From positions 58,162,941 through 58,214,576 of the forward strand of contig NC_068985.1 of the NCBI RefSeq assembly GCF_001194135.2: DNA of 51,636 nt, given 5' to 3'. The notes under the pieces are model-generated. The model was not told the DNA's origin, did not search any database, and saw only the letters and a list, made by a program, of their open reading frames with translations. A program made the translations under genes and the position numbers. This stretch comes from Octopus bimaculoides. Its lineage: Eukaryota. This document shows, piece by piece, positions 1 to 12,086 of the stretch (positions are counted from its first letter, which is position 1; every line of letters starts with the position of its first letter).

Positions 1-35
<35 letters not shown>

Positions 36-312
36 GAATGTATGTATCTATGTATGTATATATGTATGTATGTGTGAATATATATGTTTGTACGTATCTA
101 TATGTACAGGGCTATTCAATGTGTATGAACTGATTTCATTACGGAATATTTTTATAAGGAAAAACTATAGAAAACTTCAGCTAAGTCACAATTATTTATT
201 CACAATCGCATGGAGTTTTCTATTGCATTTCCTTATTAAGTATTGCGTAATGAATCGGTTATTCTCTCTGAATAACCTTGTATGTATGTATGTATGTATG
301 TATGTATGTATG

Positions 313-374
<62 letters not shown>

Positions 375-440
375 TATATATATATACACACACACACACA
401 TATATATATATTTATGTATGTATGTATGTATGTATGTATC
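1..440. repeat. Compound (TA)n/(TATG)n/(CA)n microsatellites flanking a short unique spacer
   Basis: Read directly; source of the YV/YI/HT pseudo-ORFs. Confidence 0.9.
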
Positions 441-780
441 GATGTGCGTGTCATTGTGGGGTTTCTTTTTTTACATCGCTCTTGTTATCGCTTGACAACT
501 GGAGGTTGTAACCTAGCAGTTGAATATTCGAAGACGATAAACGTAACAAGATTTTTAAAAAATAATAAATGTACTGGAGTCGATACATTCGGCTAAGGTA
601 TATAAGTGCCAATGTAAGAAAATCTCGGACCACGAGTCACTTTGTTACTTCCGATAGATATTTAAAAAAAATACATATATACTCATATTTTGATTTTTAG
701 TTTTCCTATTTGCATCAACGCAGCTGTTCTTCGCTCCTGTGTGTTGATGAGCTCTACCAACATACCCGAATGCCAGTATG

Positions 781-790
781 GAGAATTACA

Positions 791-849
<59 letters not shown>

Positions 850-879
850 CATCTATCTATCTATCTATCTGTCTATCTG

Positions 880-926
<47 letters not shown>

Positions 927-962
927 ATCTATCTATCTATCTATCTATCTGTGTGTGTGTGT
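781..962. repeat. (ATCT)n tetranucleotide array grading into (GT)n
   Basis: Read directly. Confidence 0.95.
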
Positions 963-1382
963 GTGTACATGTGTATGTATGCATGTACGTATGCATGTAT
1001 GCAAACATTATCAATATGATATTCTCAACTGTATGTGGGTTGTGAAGCGCATTCAGGCCGCAGTATTTCGACGAGAGATTGTTCATTTAAAAAAGCTGAG
1101 CGTTAAAATACACACTAAACCCCAAAGCGAAGCGAAACGAATGGCTCCGATATTGATATTCTGCAGTTATTTCTGCTCATGTGCAACGTCAAACATAGGT
1201 GAAGCAAAAATCGAATTTTTTGTTAGAAGCAGCCCTATTATGCTGCATACGTACTGTGTGTATGTATCTTTAAACGGTTTTAGGCTGCTGTATAATGTCC
1301 AGCGAATTTAACTTTTAAAAAGCAGAGCTTTAAATAAAACACTATACTTGAAATCTAGGCAAATTGCTTTTTACTTGTGCAG

Positions 1383-1436
1383 CGAATTTACACATTAGCG
1401 GTTGACAATTTTTTATGGGATCTGCATATAACTGAG
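1383..1436 (+). CDS. Candidate 54-nt internal exon (RIYTLAVDNFLWDLHITE), product unknown
   Basis: Pyrimidine-rich acceptor ending TACTTGTGCAG, donor GAG|GTGAGC, length divisible by 3, open only in phase 0. No recognised homology. Confidence 0.2.
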
Positions 1437-1573
1437 GTGAGCGATTAAAATCCGATTCTAGTTTAAATCGATTCGACAGCGCCGATAAGTAGAAATTACA
1501 GTGAAATATCGATGTTTGTGGACGCTGTTCATTTCCGGGGAGATTCCCTTTGCATAGCTTTAAAATATATCAT

Positions 1574-1604
<31 letters not shown>

Positions 1605-1908
1605 AAGTATGTACATATGAACACACTTGCATACATACATACACACACACACACACACGCATATATATCATATGTAAAAACATAAATCCGAAGAGGTACA
1701 CTCTAAGATGCAGAGCAGTATATATTAAATATTGGGAAGGCCGGTTTATGGGATTACCTTAGGTTTTCCGTCCATTAGGGGTTTAGCTTTATGGCGTATC
1801 GTCAGATATCAAAAACCTATTGGTCCATGACCTCATAAAAAATATGGGAGAGGGAAATACTTCACTATTCAAAGCAAACAATTGGGGAATATCTCCCTTT
1901 GATAATGG

Positions 1909-2307
1909 CTATCGACATCCGGCTGTGTCACCATCCTGCAGGTTCGAAAACGCTAACAGATACCTCCTGAAATATATACACGGCTCGAAAATCTCCGTTC
2001 TGGAGTTAAGGATGTTCCCTGATTCAAGTGAGTCCTTTAGGATTGTTGCGCATTCAGCTATGCATATCTTCCAACGCTTGATGTAGGGGCCTGGGTTCTC
2101 GAGGATTTTTCATGAGATCGTGTATAGAATCCCATCATCTCTTAGTTTCCAGAGGTGACTGGCCAGTGATGTTATGTACCTCCTCTCCGGAACTCTGAAA
2201 AAGGACCTGTGGTTGGAGCGACGTTGCTTGAAAGAGTTCCGGGAACGTCCAATGCATCTTCGCAAGCATGTGTTGTCGGTGCAGTACCTGCTCGTGCTGT
2301 TGTTGTG
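1909..2307 (-). mobile_element. Penelope-like element remnant: C-terminal GIY-YIG endonuclease region, one in-frame stop
   Basis: Single frame of 133 codons: ...CLRRCIGRSRNSFKQRRSNHRSFFRVPERRYITSLASHLWKLRDDGILYTIS*KILENPGPYIKRWKICIAECATIL...NILNSRTEIFEPCIYFRRYLL. This matches the PLE pattern YIG..T.SFK.R..NH..SF / SL..H.WKL.D / W.IL / C.LC..E / LN.R.E. The TGA sits where W is expected. Confidence 0.8.
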
Positions 2308-2439
2308 CTGAGAGAGAAGTAAGTAAAAATAAATAAATAGATAATTAAATAAATAAATCAGTATATCCTGTGTGACGTTCATTGTGTTCGATATGTTTCA
2401 AGTTTGCAAAATTTTCGGAACATATGAGTAGTGTCGATG

Positions 2440-2790
2440 TGTAACTTCTAACTACACAACCTCAGACGGATCCTGAACATGAAGTAGACTTAGCAAATTA
2501 CCGTGAATGATGTCATGGGTCGATTGGGAGATCCCAAAACCCCTCATCTTACTGACAGCATGCTGGGAAAGGCACAGTACATGTCAGTCGGGAGAATCTC
2601 GAAAGACCTAATGTATAGTGAACTCCCCCCACCACCAATCGCGAAAGGAACACAAGTTTCGTTTCAAATAGCACACGAAGTCACTTTGCATAAATGCTTA
2701 AACATGAGACATTATTGGAAACTGGAACTAGACAAGGGCTTCAGCAAACGAGAGGTATGACTGAGGTTTCATGGCGAGGAACGCCTAAAT
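2440..2790 (+). mobile_element. RTE-clade (BovB-like) LINE, degraded 3' RT fragment
   Basis: LRRILNMK*T*QITVNDVM...GRISKDLMYSEL resembles the RTE C-terminal LRRIL.I.WQD.I.N..V and GRIPKD.LYGEL motifs; stops and frameshifts present. Confidence 0.65.
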
Positions 2791-3124
2791 CGAGAGCCAG
2801 TAATTCACATAAAACGCTCTACATTTTAAATTACATGCTCAATTCCATGGTCTCGTGACGAATCTGAGGAATAGTCCTTTTTTTTTACAATCACTCTTTC
2901 TCTCTAATCTCTATCTCTGTAGCACCTACACGCATATATATACGCACACACACATACACATACTGGGTTGTGTGTGAGTAGTCTACAGGTCACAGCTTTT
3001 GAGACGCAGTATTCTTCCTGTGGACAACAGGTAAAATTTCGTGAAATGAGGGGGCAATAAATGGAAGCGATTTTGTTTCGATTATAGCATGCGATACTGG
3101 AAGTAAGTCTATATAGCTCTTATA

Positions 3125-3305
3125 TTTGTTTGAGTCACAGTACTGCAGCCTTGCTCAGGTACTGCCTAAAAAGATGTAGACGAACAAATCTACCCCGGTA
3201 CTATTTTTAGAACCTCGTACTCAATCTATCAGCTTGTTTTGCCGAAGAGCTACTTTTTTTGCCGAACCGGTTGTCAAACAGTCGTGGTGGACAAACACAA
3301 ACAGA
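3125..3305 (-). mobile_element. SINE family A, degenerate tail fragment
   Basis: Similar to the copy at 48613-48967 (GCCGAAC, GGTTGTCAA, GGACAAACAC blocks). Confidence 0.45.
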
Positions 3306-3508
3306 ATGATATGCACACATGCACAAAGAAATATATCTATACGCCGGACACCTCTCACTTGCCGTCTATGAAATCTACTCACATGGCTCTGGTCGGCCCT
3401 GGACTATAGTAGATGACACTTACCCAAACTTCCAAAACTATGTGGATAGAAAGCAATCTTCTTTTCATGTAGACATGCCATCTCCTATGTGTCTCATTCT
3501 CTCTCTCT

Positions 3509-3557
<49 letters not shown>

Positions 3558-3630
3558 CATCTATCTTATCTATCTATCTATCCATCTATATTATTGTTGA
3601 TATTATTATTATTATTTTTATTATTATTTT

Positions 3631-4501
3631 TCAGTAGTTTTATTTTTATAACGTGCTTTCACTTCACTACCGAGCGCAGCTCTGTGCGCCTTGGGTATGT
3701 GCTGTGGTTTGCTGTGGTGCTCTTATGTTTACTGTATTGAAAGTGTTTTGCGTAGAATGTGTGCAGTACCCAGTAGTGCAATTTTCTGTATGTTATATAT
3801 ATTTGTAAGTCCTGGTGTTTTTGTTATGTATTTGTCTGAATATTTTTTTATTATACCTAAGGCACCTACTATGATAGGAATTGTTTCTGTTTTTAGACTC
3901 CACATTCGAGTTATCTCTATTTCCAGGTCTTTGTATTTTGAAAGTTTTTCCATTTCTTTTCGAGAAACGTTGTCATCTGNNNNNNNNNNNNNNNNNNNNN
4001 NNNNNNNNNNNNNNNNNNNNNNNNNNNNNNNNNNNNNNNNNNNNNNNNNNNNNNNNNNNNNNNNNNNNNNNNNNNNNNNNNNNNNNNNNNNNNNNNNNNN
4101 NNNNNNNNNNNNNNNNNNNNNNNNNNNNNNNNNNNNNNNNNNNNNNNNNNNNNNNNNNNNNNNNNNNNNNNNNNNNNNNNNNNNNNNNNNNNNNNNNNNN
4201 NNNNNNNNNNNNNNNNNNNNNNNNNNNNNNNNNNNNNNNNNNNNNNNNNNNNNNNNNNNNNNNNNNNNNNNNNNNNNNNNNNNNNNNNNNNNNNNNNNNN
4301 NNNNNNNNNNNNNNNNNNNNNNNNNNNNNNNNNNNNNNNNNNNNNNNNNNNNNNNNNNNNNNNNNNNNNNNNNNNNNNNNNNNNNNNNNNNNNNNNNNNN
4401 NNNNNNNNNNNNNNNNNNNNNNNNNNNNNNNNNNNNNNNNNNNNNNNNNNNNNNNNNNNNNNNNNNNNNNNNNNNNNNNNNNNNNNNNNNNNNNNNNNNN
4501 T

Positions 4502-4532
<31 letters not shown>

Positions 4533-4770
4533 TTCTTATTCTTCTTCGTATTTGTTAGGTAGATTGATTTCTTGTTTGTATTTGTCAGCTTCCTTAAATA
4601 CTGAAAACAGTTTTTTGTTTTGCTCGTGTTTTGTGGCTATTTGTATTAGTTTCCCTTGCTTCTGGAGTAGCTATTTTTGCAGTCCTATGGTAGTTATTTT
4701 ATAATAGTTTTCTAGCTGTATAAGACCCTGCCACCTTCTGTGCGTTGTATATATAGCCTTTCTATGTCAG
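3631..4770 (-). mobile_element. 5'-truncated R4/Dong-type non-LTR retrotransposon with C-terminal restriction-like endonuclease, interrupted by a gap
   Basis: 4770-4540 gives DIERLYIQRTEGGR/GLIQLENYYK (post-RT motif D..RLY..R.EGGRGL, one frameshift). 3979-3729 gives DDNVSRKEMEKLSKYKDLEIEITRMW...IPIIVGALG...IQKIALLGTAHILRK*, the REL motif KE.EK..KY.DL. (TAA)n lies on both sides in element sense. Confidence 0.85.
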
Positions 4771-4771
4771 A

Positions 4772-4853
<82 letters not shown>

Positions 4854-4862
4854 CTATTATTA
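4771..4862. repeat. (ATT)n microsatellite
   Basis: Read directly. Confidence 0.95.
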
Positions 4863-4871
4863 ATGTTGTTG

Positions 4872-5727
4872 TTAGTTCCACTCTAGCGCTCTATATAGGA
4901 AAAGTAGTAGGAAAGTGCGACTACGTTATTAGGGAAACTCTGGGCGTTGATGAAGATCAACTAACCGGTCTGTTTCGGAAAACATTCGGGCCTGGACCTA
5001 TGGATAACGTCTAGAAATCCCTTGCTGGCAGTGCTACCGAAGGGCGCTGCCTATTCGGGATAAACTTTACAGGCATGGAAGTACAGTCAGCCGGGCCTAC
5101 TCGAGGTGCGCCCAGAAAGATACAACTATTCCTCACGTCCTAGTCCAGTGCCCGAATATTGCTGACCTGTGGGTTTATGTCGAACATCTGCTGTCACATG
5201 TGGGAAGAATCCGGCTATCAGCTGAATCGATTGGGAAGATTGTCCTGCCGCCCTCTTGGGGGGCAGGCAATTTTTATTTGCCTAGTGGATGTAGTGAAAG
5301 AGGTAGTATCGTGGACCCGTTTGAAAGGGCTAAAGAAAGACACTTTGCACTTTGGCCAAGCCCTCACCAACTTCTTCAAGTTTCACTTGAAATGGGAGTT
5401 GAGGGTAGAGAGGGAAGCGTTGCCTTGTGGCAAGATTCTTGAAAAGTGGATAAATGCTGGAAGAATGACCAGTGTAAAAGAACCAATTCTGAGAGCGCAT
5501 CTCTAAAAGAAAGGAAGAGGGCTCTTGCCCAGTTGTTCAGGCACTCGTGGCTTTTGTGAGTTTTTCCACGAGGACATTAAAGCGTCTCCCCTACTGGTTT
5601 TTTAATTTTTTTTATTATTACATTGTGTACACGAAATCCCATTGTATCATCCAGTTTTTATCTTTTATGTTGCTGTATATCATTAAATATACTTGTATGT
5701 GAGCCCTTGTGGGTAATAAAAGAATAC
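4872..5727 (+). mobile_element. 5'-truncated Tx1/L1-clade retrotransposon: ORF2 C-terminus with zinc-knuckle (zf-RVT) region plus 3' UTR
   Basis: KSLA..QCYRRALPIRDKLYRHGSTVSRAYSRCAQKDTTIPHVLVQCPNIADLW, then a frameshift to FICLVDVVKEVVSWTRLKGL...FFKFHLKWELRVERE...EKW; stop at 5506; AATAAA at 5715-5720 directly before the (ATT)n tail. Confidence 0.85.
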
Positions 5728-5746
5728 ATTATTATTATCATCCTCA

Positions 5747-5798
<52 letters not shown>

Positions 5799-5803
5799 CA
5801 TTA
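5728..5803. repeat. (ATT)n microsatellite / element tail
   Basis: Read directly. Confidence 0.95.
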
Positions 5804-5807
5804 TTTA

Positions 5808-6025
5808 GGCGATACACTGGCAGAATCGTTAGCACGTTGAATGAAATGCTTAGCTGCATTTCGTCCATCTTAAAGACGTTCTGAGTTCAAATTCCACCAC
5901 GGTCGACTTTGCTTTTCATAATTTTGGTGTCGATAAATTAAGTACCAGTGAGACACTGGGGTCGATGTAATCGACTAGTCCCCTCCCTCCCTCAAAATTT
6001 GAGGCCTTGTTCCTTTAGTAGAAAT
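5808..6025 (+). mobile_element. SINE family B, full-length-like, followed by (TAA)n
   Basis: CTGGCAGAATCGTTAGCA head, GAGTTCAAATTCC B-box-like motif, GATAAATTAAGTACCA and GGGGTCGAT blocks; homologous to 12619-12815. Confidence 0.8.
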
Positions 6026-6830
6026 GATAATAATAATAATAATAATAATAATACATATTATTATTATTATTATTATTGTTGTTGTTGTTGTTATTATTAT
6101 TATTGGGAGAGATAGATACACGCACTTACAAATGCTTACATACACAGGTATATCAATCTATCTATTTATTTAGCGATACACGCACACCCCCAGAAAAGCA
6201 TATGCTCGTACGCTCATAACTAAATGAAATAATATATACGTATGCTTGTGTAAATGCAACGATGTTTCTACGTTTTGTGAAGCTAATGCGAATATATGTC
6301 AACAGGCAATCAAGGTGAGTAAACAATGTCTATTGATTGGAAATGAACTCTTCTGCGAGAAACCAAAACAAATATTGTTAGCATATCGTTATATAGAAGG
6401 ATCAAAAGGTTAAATTATTCATTTATATTAATTACTGAATCAGGATTGTCTATTAATAAACGAGATAATTATTCAATCTCTGTAAATTACATTTACAACT
6501 AATTCACATTTTGTGAAAATAAGTTTAGTTTAATTGAAAGTAGTTGTCAGGTTATAAGTTTAGGTTATAGGAGATATAGAATCAATTATGCTATTGCTAT
6601 TAACCACCTACCTAGCTGATGCAAATATATAGAGTAAAATAGCACATTAGAGCCAACCGTCACTCTTCATTGAGAAAGTCTAGTTGGAATGTGCCAAGCA
6701 TTTACTAGACAAGTGTTTTAGCAACTCATGCAAACGCAGACAGATACACTCATCTCTCAGCTATTCGACACTCAGCCTAGTGGCCCATACAGGATTTGAT
6801 AGCAGGAGAAGAGGGAGAGACAGAGAGACA

Positions 6831-6896
<66 letters not shown>

Positions 6897-6900
6897 TAGA
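6831..6900. repeat. (GT)n-(GA)n microsatellite
   Basis: Read directly. Confidence 0.95.
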
Positions 6901-7119
6901 CAGACAGACATATACTCTTGGATCCAGCTGTTATTATTTGTTGCTGAGCAGAATCGAGCCCTATGAAAGAAGGTGCCGTGTACCTTCAGATGATATATAT
7001 TATCTCCATGCACCAGGCTATAGTATAGATATTTTTGTATCGCCAAGTAGCAACATATAATTCAATTCCATTATTCACAGATGCTACAATATATTGTGAA
7101 GACTTCTTTTATCTACGTT

Positions 7120-7240
7120 GTTTTTCTCCAGCCCTATGACTCATAAGGTAGGTCTCCCAGTTTTCTTAGCGTATACGTTATCCAGCTCGCAACATTCCTT
7201 CTGAAGGGGACACCGGTTCGTTGCAGGGTGCCAAGCCAGA
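7120..7240 (-). mobile_element. Degenerate SINE tail fragment
   Basis: GACTCATAAGG and GGGACACCGGTTCGTTGCAGGG blocks resemble an octopus SINE tail as I recall it; not verifiable here. Confidence 0.35.
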
Positions 7241-8902
7241 AATTGTGAGGTATGAGAAAAAAACCATTACATCTACACTAGTACAAATACTTGGACATTT
7301 ATGCAATCATCTGTGGCTACAGGGTCATCCACCTGCTCTACATCAGTGATTGAAAGTTTATTTAACTAAAGTCAGACAGCAATACCATCAATCGCTTTCT
7401 GGGTGAAAAACCTCTGTTTGAGCAGCAGGAGTAAGCAGGTGCAGTGCCTTGCGTGACATCAACATATGGGAGTATTATGATGCTAGAGACACTGGATCCC
7501 AATAGAAAACTCGAGATTAAGAAATAAGTAGCGAGGTTTAAGCAGGAAACAGGATAAGCTTATAAACTGCCTTACTCTTCTTGCAGAACTGTTCTATCAT
7601 TCAATGTATCTCTCTTTCTGATAATTTATGACGAATGTTACAATGTCCCCCAACCCCGAGAAGAAATTTCTCCACCATGTCATCTACAAAAATATTGCAT
7701 GAAGTTCAAATATAATAAATGCCATGCAGTCGGTATTATAATAGTACCTCTACTACATACAATTTTACAGCGAAAATGGTACACGTTTGTGTATTATCTT
7801 TCGGCGTGGCTAATGACGTGGGGTGTGTCATTCCATTAATCTTTCATTTTTCACGCCTCGAGAGCTTATACCTTACAGCTTAAAATGTCTTTCTACGCGT
7901 TGAGTTTTTGAAACAAATAATCTATGTAGATTATTTGTAATTGTTTCTTACAGAAGTAATGTCAGTATCAACACATTTTTAGTACCTAAATTTGTCATTT
8001 GATTGTTGAAATATGGCATGTTTTGGTCTTTGTTGACCTATGACACGAGAAATTAAAACTTATTGCCTGTGATTCGTCTTTTAAGAGCTCTTACCTGTCT
8101 TATTCATGTGATATCGACGTTAGCTCTTTTATTTCCTCGTATATTTTTTTGCCTGCTTTTAGTGCTGTGCTTTGACTCAAGTCGTCTCTAAACAAAATCT
8201 ATTCTATGGACAAAATCAGTTTATCTCTGACCATTCAGATATTGTTTTTTATATTATTGTGTATGTTAGTATACATAATTTTATTTATTCCGTATCTAAG
8301 TCTACAGAATGGGTTATGAGAAACATTCCGCAAGTAATTGTAGTAAGCTGAATAGCTTTAGAAGGGGTCTCTCTTAAAGTACATTTTTATTGATGTTGGT
8401 GTTATTATTATTTTTTATATGATTTCGACATTGTTATTTTCAAATAGGCGAGACATCGAGGAATTTGTGAGCTACGCCTGTTCCTCTATTCGCTGTCTTA
8501 TATTTATGGAGTTATCTGTAGTTTCCATGAGTGCAATTAGTTGTTCTCTCTATTACTGAAGCATGGTACAAAAGCAAGAAAATATACTTTCATCATTTGT
8601 TGCATTTGAACTTCATATCTTTCACATCTTTTGATGGTATTTCAAAACAATAATTCATAAGAAAATTGTTTTGATATAATTGATGACCAACATGGATGAG
8701 TTAGTCTTTACACTTGCCAATTCCGTTCATCAACGCATGCCGAGAAAACAAGATAATAGTAATGGTGTTTGTAAAAAAACAAAAACAAATGATACGGACA
8801 ATCAACAAAAATTAGTTTTTATGAAGTAGAGAAATCAGCTGAATGTTTTCAGTAGTTCCATGTATTAGTTATGTATAGATTTTTCAGTTATCATAATTTA
8901 CT

Positions 8903-8903
<1 letters not shown>

Positions 8904-8961
<58 letters not shown>
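8904..8961. repeat. (CTA)n microsatellite decaying into CTG variants
   Basis: Read directly. Confidence 0.95.
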
Positions 8962-11900
8962 TTGCTACTGTTGCTACTGTTCCTTCCGCTGGTGCAGCTA
9001 CTGCTGCTGCTACTGATGGTTCCGCTGCATTATTTGAAGCAGGTTTAATATCACATAGAAGTCAACGTACCAGCGCAGTTGTTTCATAACAGCAAGCTGT
9101 ACATTTGTTTAATGCTATAGTTAACCGAATATAAATATTGTTTTAAATGTATACGTATAAATTATTTTCCGTTCAAGTCCTTTTTCTCTTAGTTTAATGC
9201 CGTAGATAAACTCCTGCATGTACAAATGTATTAAGCAGTGTGAGCTTCATATACATAGGTCATCGCATACCAATGGTTATTGCTGACACGAAGGATTGTA
9301 TGTTGTGACAACAAGAGTCAGCTTCATCGAAAACACGAGGTGACTTGGATTCCTATTATCTGAAACGTAATTCTGATTGGCCCAATCATTTGTTGTTTAA
9401 TGCAGAGAAATAATATATTCTTCTTGCTCAGGTGTTTCGGAGCAATAATTATTTTAAAAATCAACTGTTGAATACTGTTTCATTTATATTCTTATGTAAT
9501 CAGTGGATTTCAATCTAAATTGGCCTTCCCCTGAGGAGTGACGATCTGAAGACATAGAGAGGTAATCAGAAAGGTAATTAATGAATATATTTGCAAATAT
9601 TTCCTTAAATCAGAATAATAAATACATGCTCAAAGAGAAGAGGGCGATAATAAAAGAGGAGAGAATGAGAGAGAGAAACTGAGAGAGACAGAGAATGGAA
9701 GAGAGAGGGGGAAACATTGAAAAATAGTATTTAATTTTCGAAATATCTTAAAGTAGAAATTATTTTCAGGCCATATAAATAAACGAATTGTGTGTAGCCT
9801 TCAGCTTTGTGAGTCTTTCTGTTATTTTATTTGCATCATTATATACATAGCAAATAACTTGATGTTTATTGATTTAAAAAACGTTTTTTACAAGCTAGGT
9901 TTGTTGCAAATTCTATTTTTCGCATGATTGAATAGTATTTGAGTGCATTTTCAGCTCGTCTGAGACGGATCACTCTATTAGCATCCGATTCGGCATCCAC
10001 ACTCATGGTTATTCTACACCAAAAACTCTTAGAAACAGTGAAAACCTTTCCCTCCTCATCCGAAATTTATGCACACTGATGCTCCAAATTTCAAAGTTCT
10101 TTTGTATGGAACCCAAATTACACAAGGCAAGCGATATTCCGGTTTCAAAATAAACTTTTTTAAACATCTGTAGATTTATCTATCTATAACGTCCAGCCAT
10201 GCATCCTTAATATCTGCCGTTACAATAAGGCAGTGAGCCGGCTGAGTCTACCCCCCCCCACCCTGAAATCAATATTTTCCAATACATTCACATTTCTTAT
10301 GCAAAACTCAATGTTTGCTGCTTTTACCCCGTTGCCTTTCTAAGAAAGTGGACAAACGTTTACTCTTCAAAATCGCTACCACCCACAAAGTAGTTCTTTG
10401 ACTGTAAGCGCAGTGTAGTACTTGGTCGTGAATACAGTTTACGACTAGAGAAATATCCAAAATTAATGGAATTCACTAAGTAAATTATCATAGCTTTCGG
10501 TTTTTCTCCAATAGACAAGTGAAAAGTTTGTAACACGAGTTATTTGTATAGACTTTCATTAAAATTGTATAGAATCTTTCCTGAAATCTTTAAATTCATA
10601 TGACTGTGCTGTCGGTCATAAATAAGCATAAATTTTAATATTACATCCTCAGTAGTATTTGTAGTATTTTAATATTGATGATAAAGTGCCAACAGCCTCA
10701 TATCCAGAACTCAGTATTGTAATCCTCAGTTAATGCCTGGATATGCATTTCGGTGCATATAAATATATTAATATTACATTGTGTATACTAAAACGTAGTA
10801 TATTACGTTATGTATGAAATTATATATTACATTACATTATCGTATATTATATCCTTGCCAACTATCACAGAATGCACCAATTTCATTGCGAGTACGAAAA
10901 ATGCCTAGCCGTATTTGTTGCCATTATCTGCGCTTTAAATCCAAATCTTGCCGAGGTAAACTTCATCCTATCAGGAGTGGGAAAATAATGTATAGTCTAG
11001 TACTGCTGACGAGGTTGACCCTCAAAAATGCCAGGTCTTATGTAGAAATGAGAAATTATTATCTTGTAGGATATTACATAATATTATATCCCTTTCACCA
11101 GATTCATTGATATTTAAAGCAACATTTAGTAACTTGAAGTTAACTGAGTTTTCTGTCATATGTGATATAAGTTTCAAACTTTATTGGTAGCAACAATTTT
11201 TTTCCAGCGGCAGGGAAATCCTATATTAATTTTCTTGTGAAAAATAAAGTGAGTTTATTTTGTGTTTACATTCTGCTCATATAAAAATAGTATTAATGAA
11301 TATAACAATCCGTGTAAAAGAAAATTAGTTTAGAATTAGATACTTTAATTAAAACGTGTACATTATACATTTATTTATGTACTACCGAAAATATAAGATA
11401 TTTAGGTCTTTTGATCTGTACAGCTAGGTTTTAATTGTATTTGTGTGTTTTCAGCTGCTGACTGGTCAGTGTTATGATAAACACGTGCAGACGCTAGCAT
11501 GCCCGTGTGTAGGGCGACGGATAATTCTGAAGCAATTCTATTGCCACTATGTTCACTACCAGGAAATATGGCATATATCCAAGATGCCTATACAAAAATG
11601 ATCAAACGAACATCAATTTTTAAATGAAATATATTTATTTCCTTAATATTGAATAAAACAAATTTCTGACTTGAGTATTTGTTATAGATATTTGTTACTA
11701 TTTTTTGAAAGTTAATTCGCAATACATTGCAAAAAAAGAAAAGAAACATAAGCAAAACAAAAAACACAATCTCCGCCCAATTTCATTAAAGATGTATATG
11801 TTTTCACAAATTTATAAGCCTCCCACCCAATACATCTTATGTTAACTCCTTCAAAGTCACTTTTCGATCGAGCAGGTATGTAATGTATGCTTGACTTGTT

Positions 11901-12039
11901 ACTATACAAACTTTTGTTAATTACATTAATTGCAGTCTATTGACATTTCAATATTTAAAATTGTCGTAATTCGGCTGCTAAGCAGAGGTGGAAGCTCCTT
12001 ATCTTTCTAAATATCCATCTTTACTTGCATGTATATATG

Positions 12040-12084
<45 letters not shown>

Positions 12085-12086
<2 letters not shown>

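Noticed and set aside
2989-3030. 42-nt possible exon (VTAFETQYSSCGQQ) with CAG|GTAAAA donor
   Set aside because: The acceptor has no pyrimidine tract and two phases are open; consistent with chance.
7132-7147. 16-nt exon-like segment with strong-looking acceptor and donor
   Set aside because: It lies inside an antisense SINE tail fragment and has stops in two phases.
7558-7839. 93-codon stop-free frame
   Set aside because: No early ATG, no recognisable motif, and several frames of this length are expected by chance in about 45 kb.
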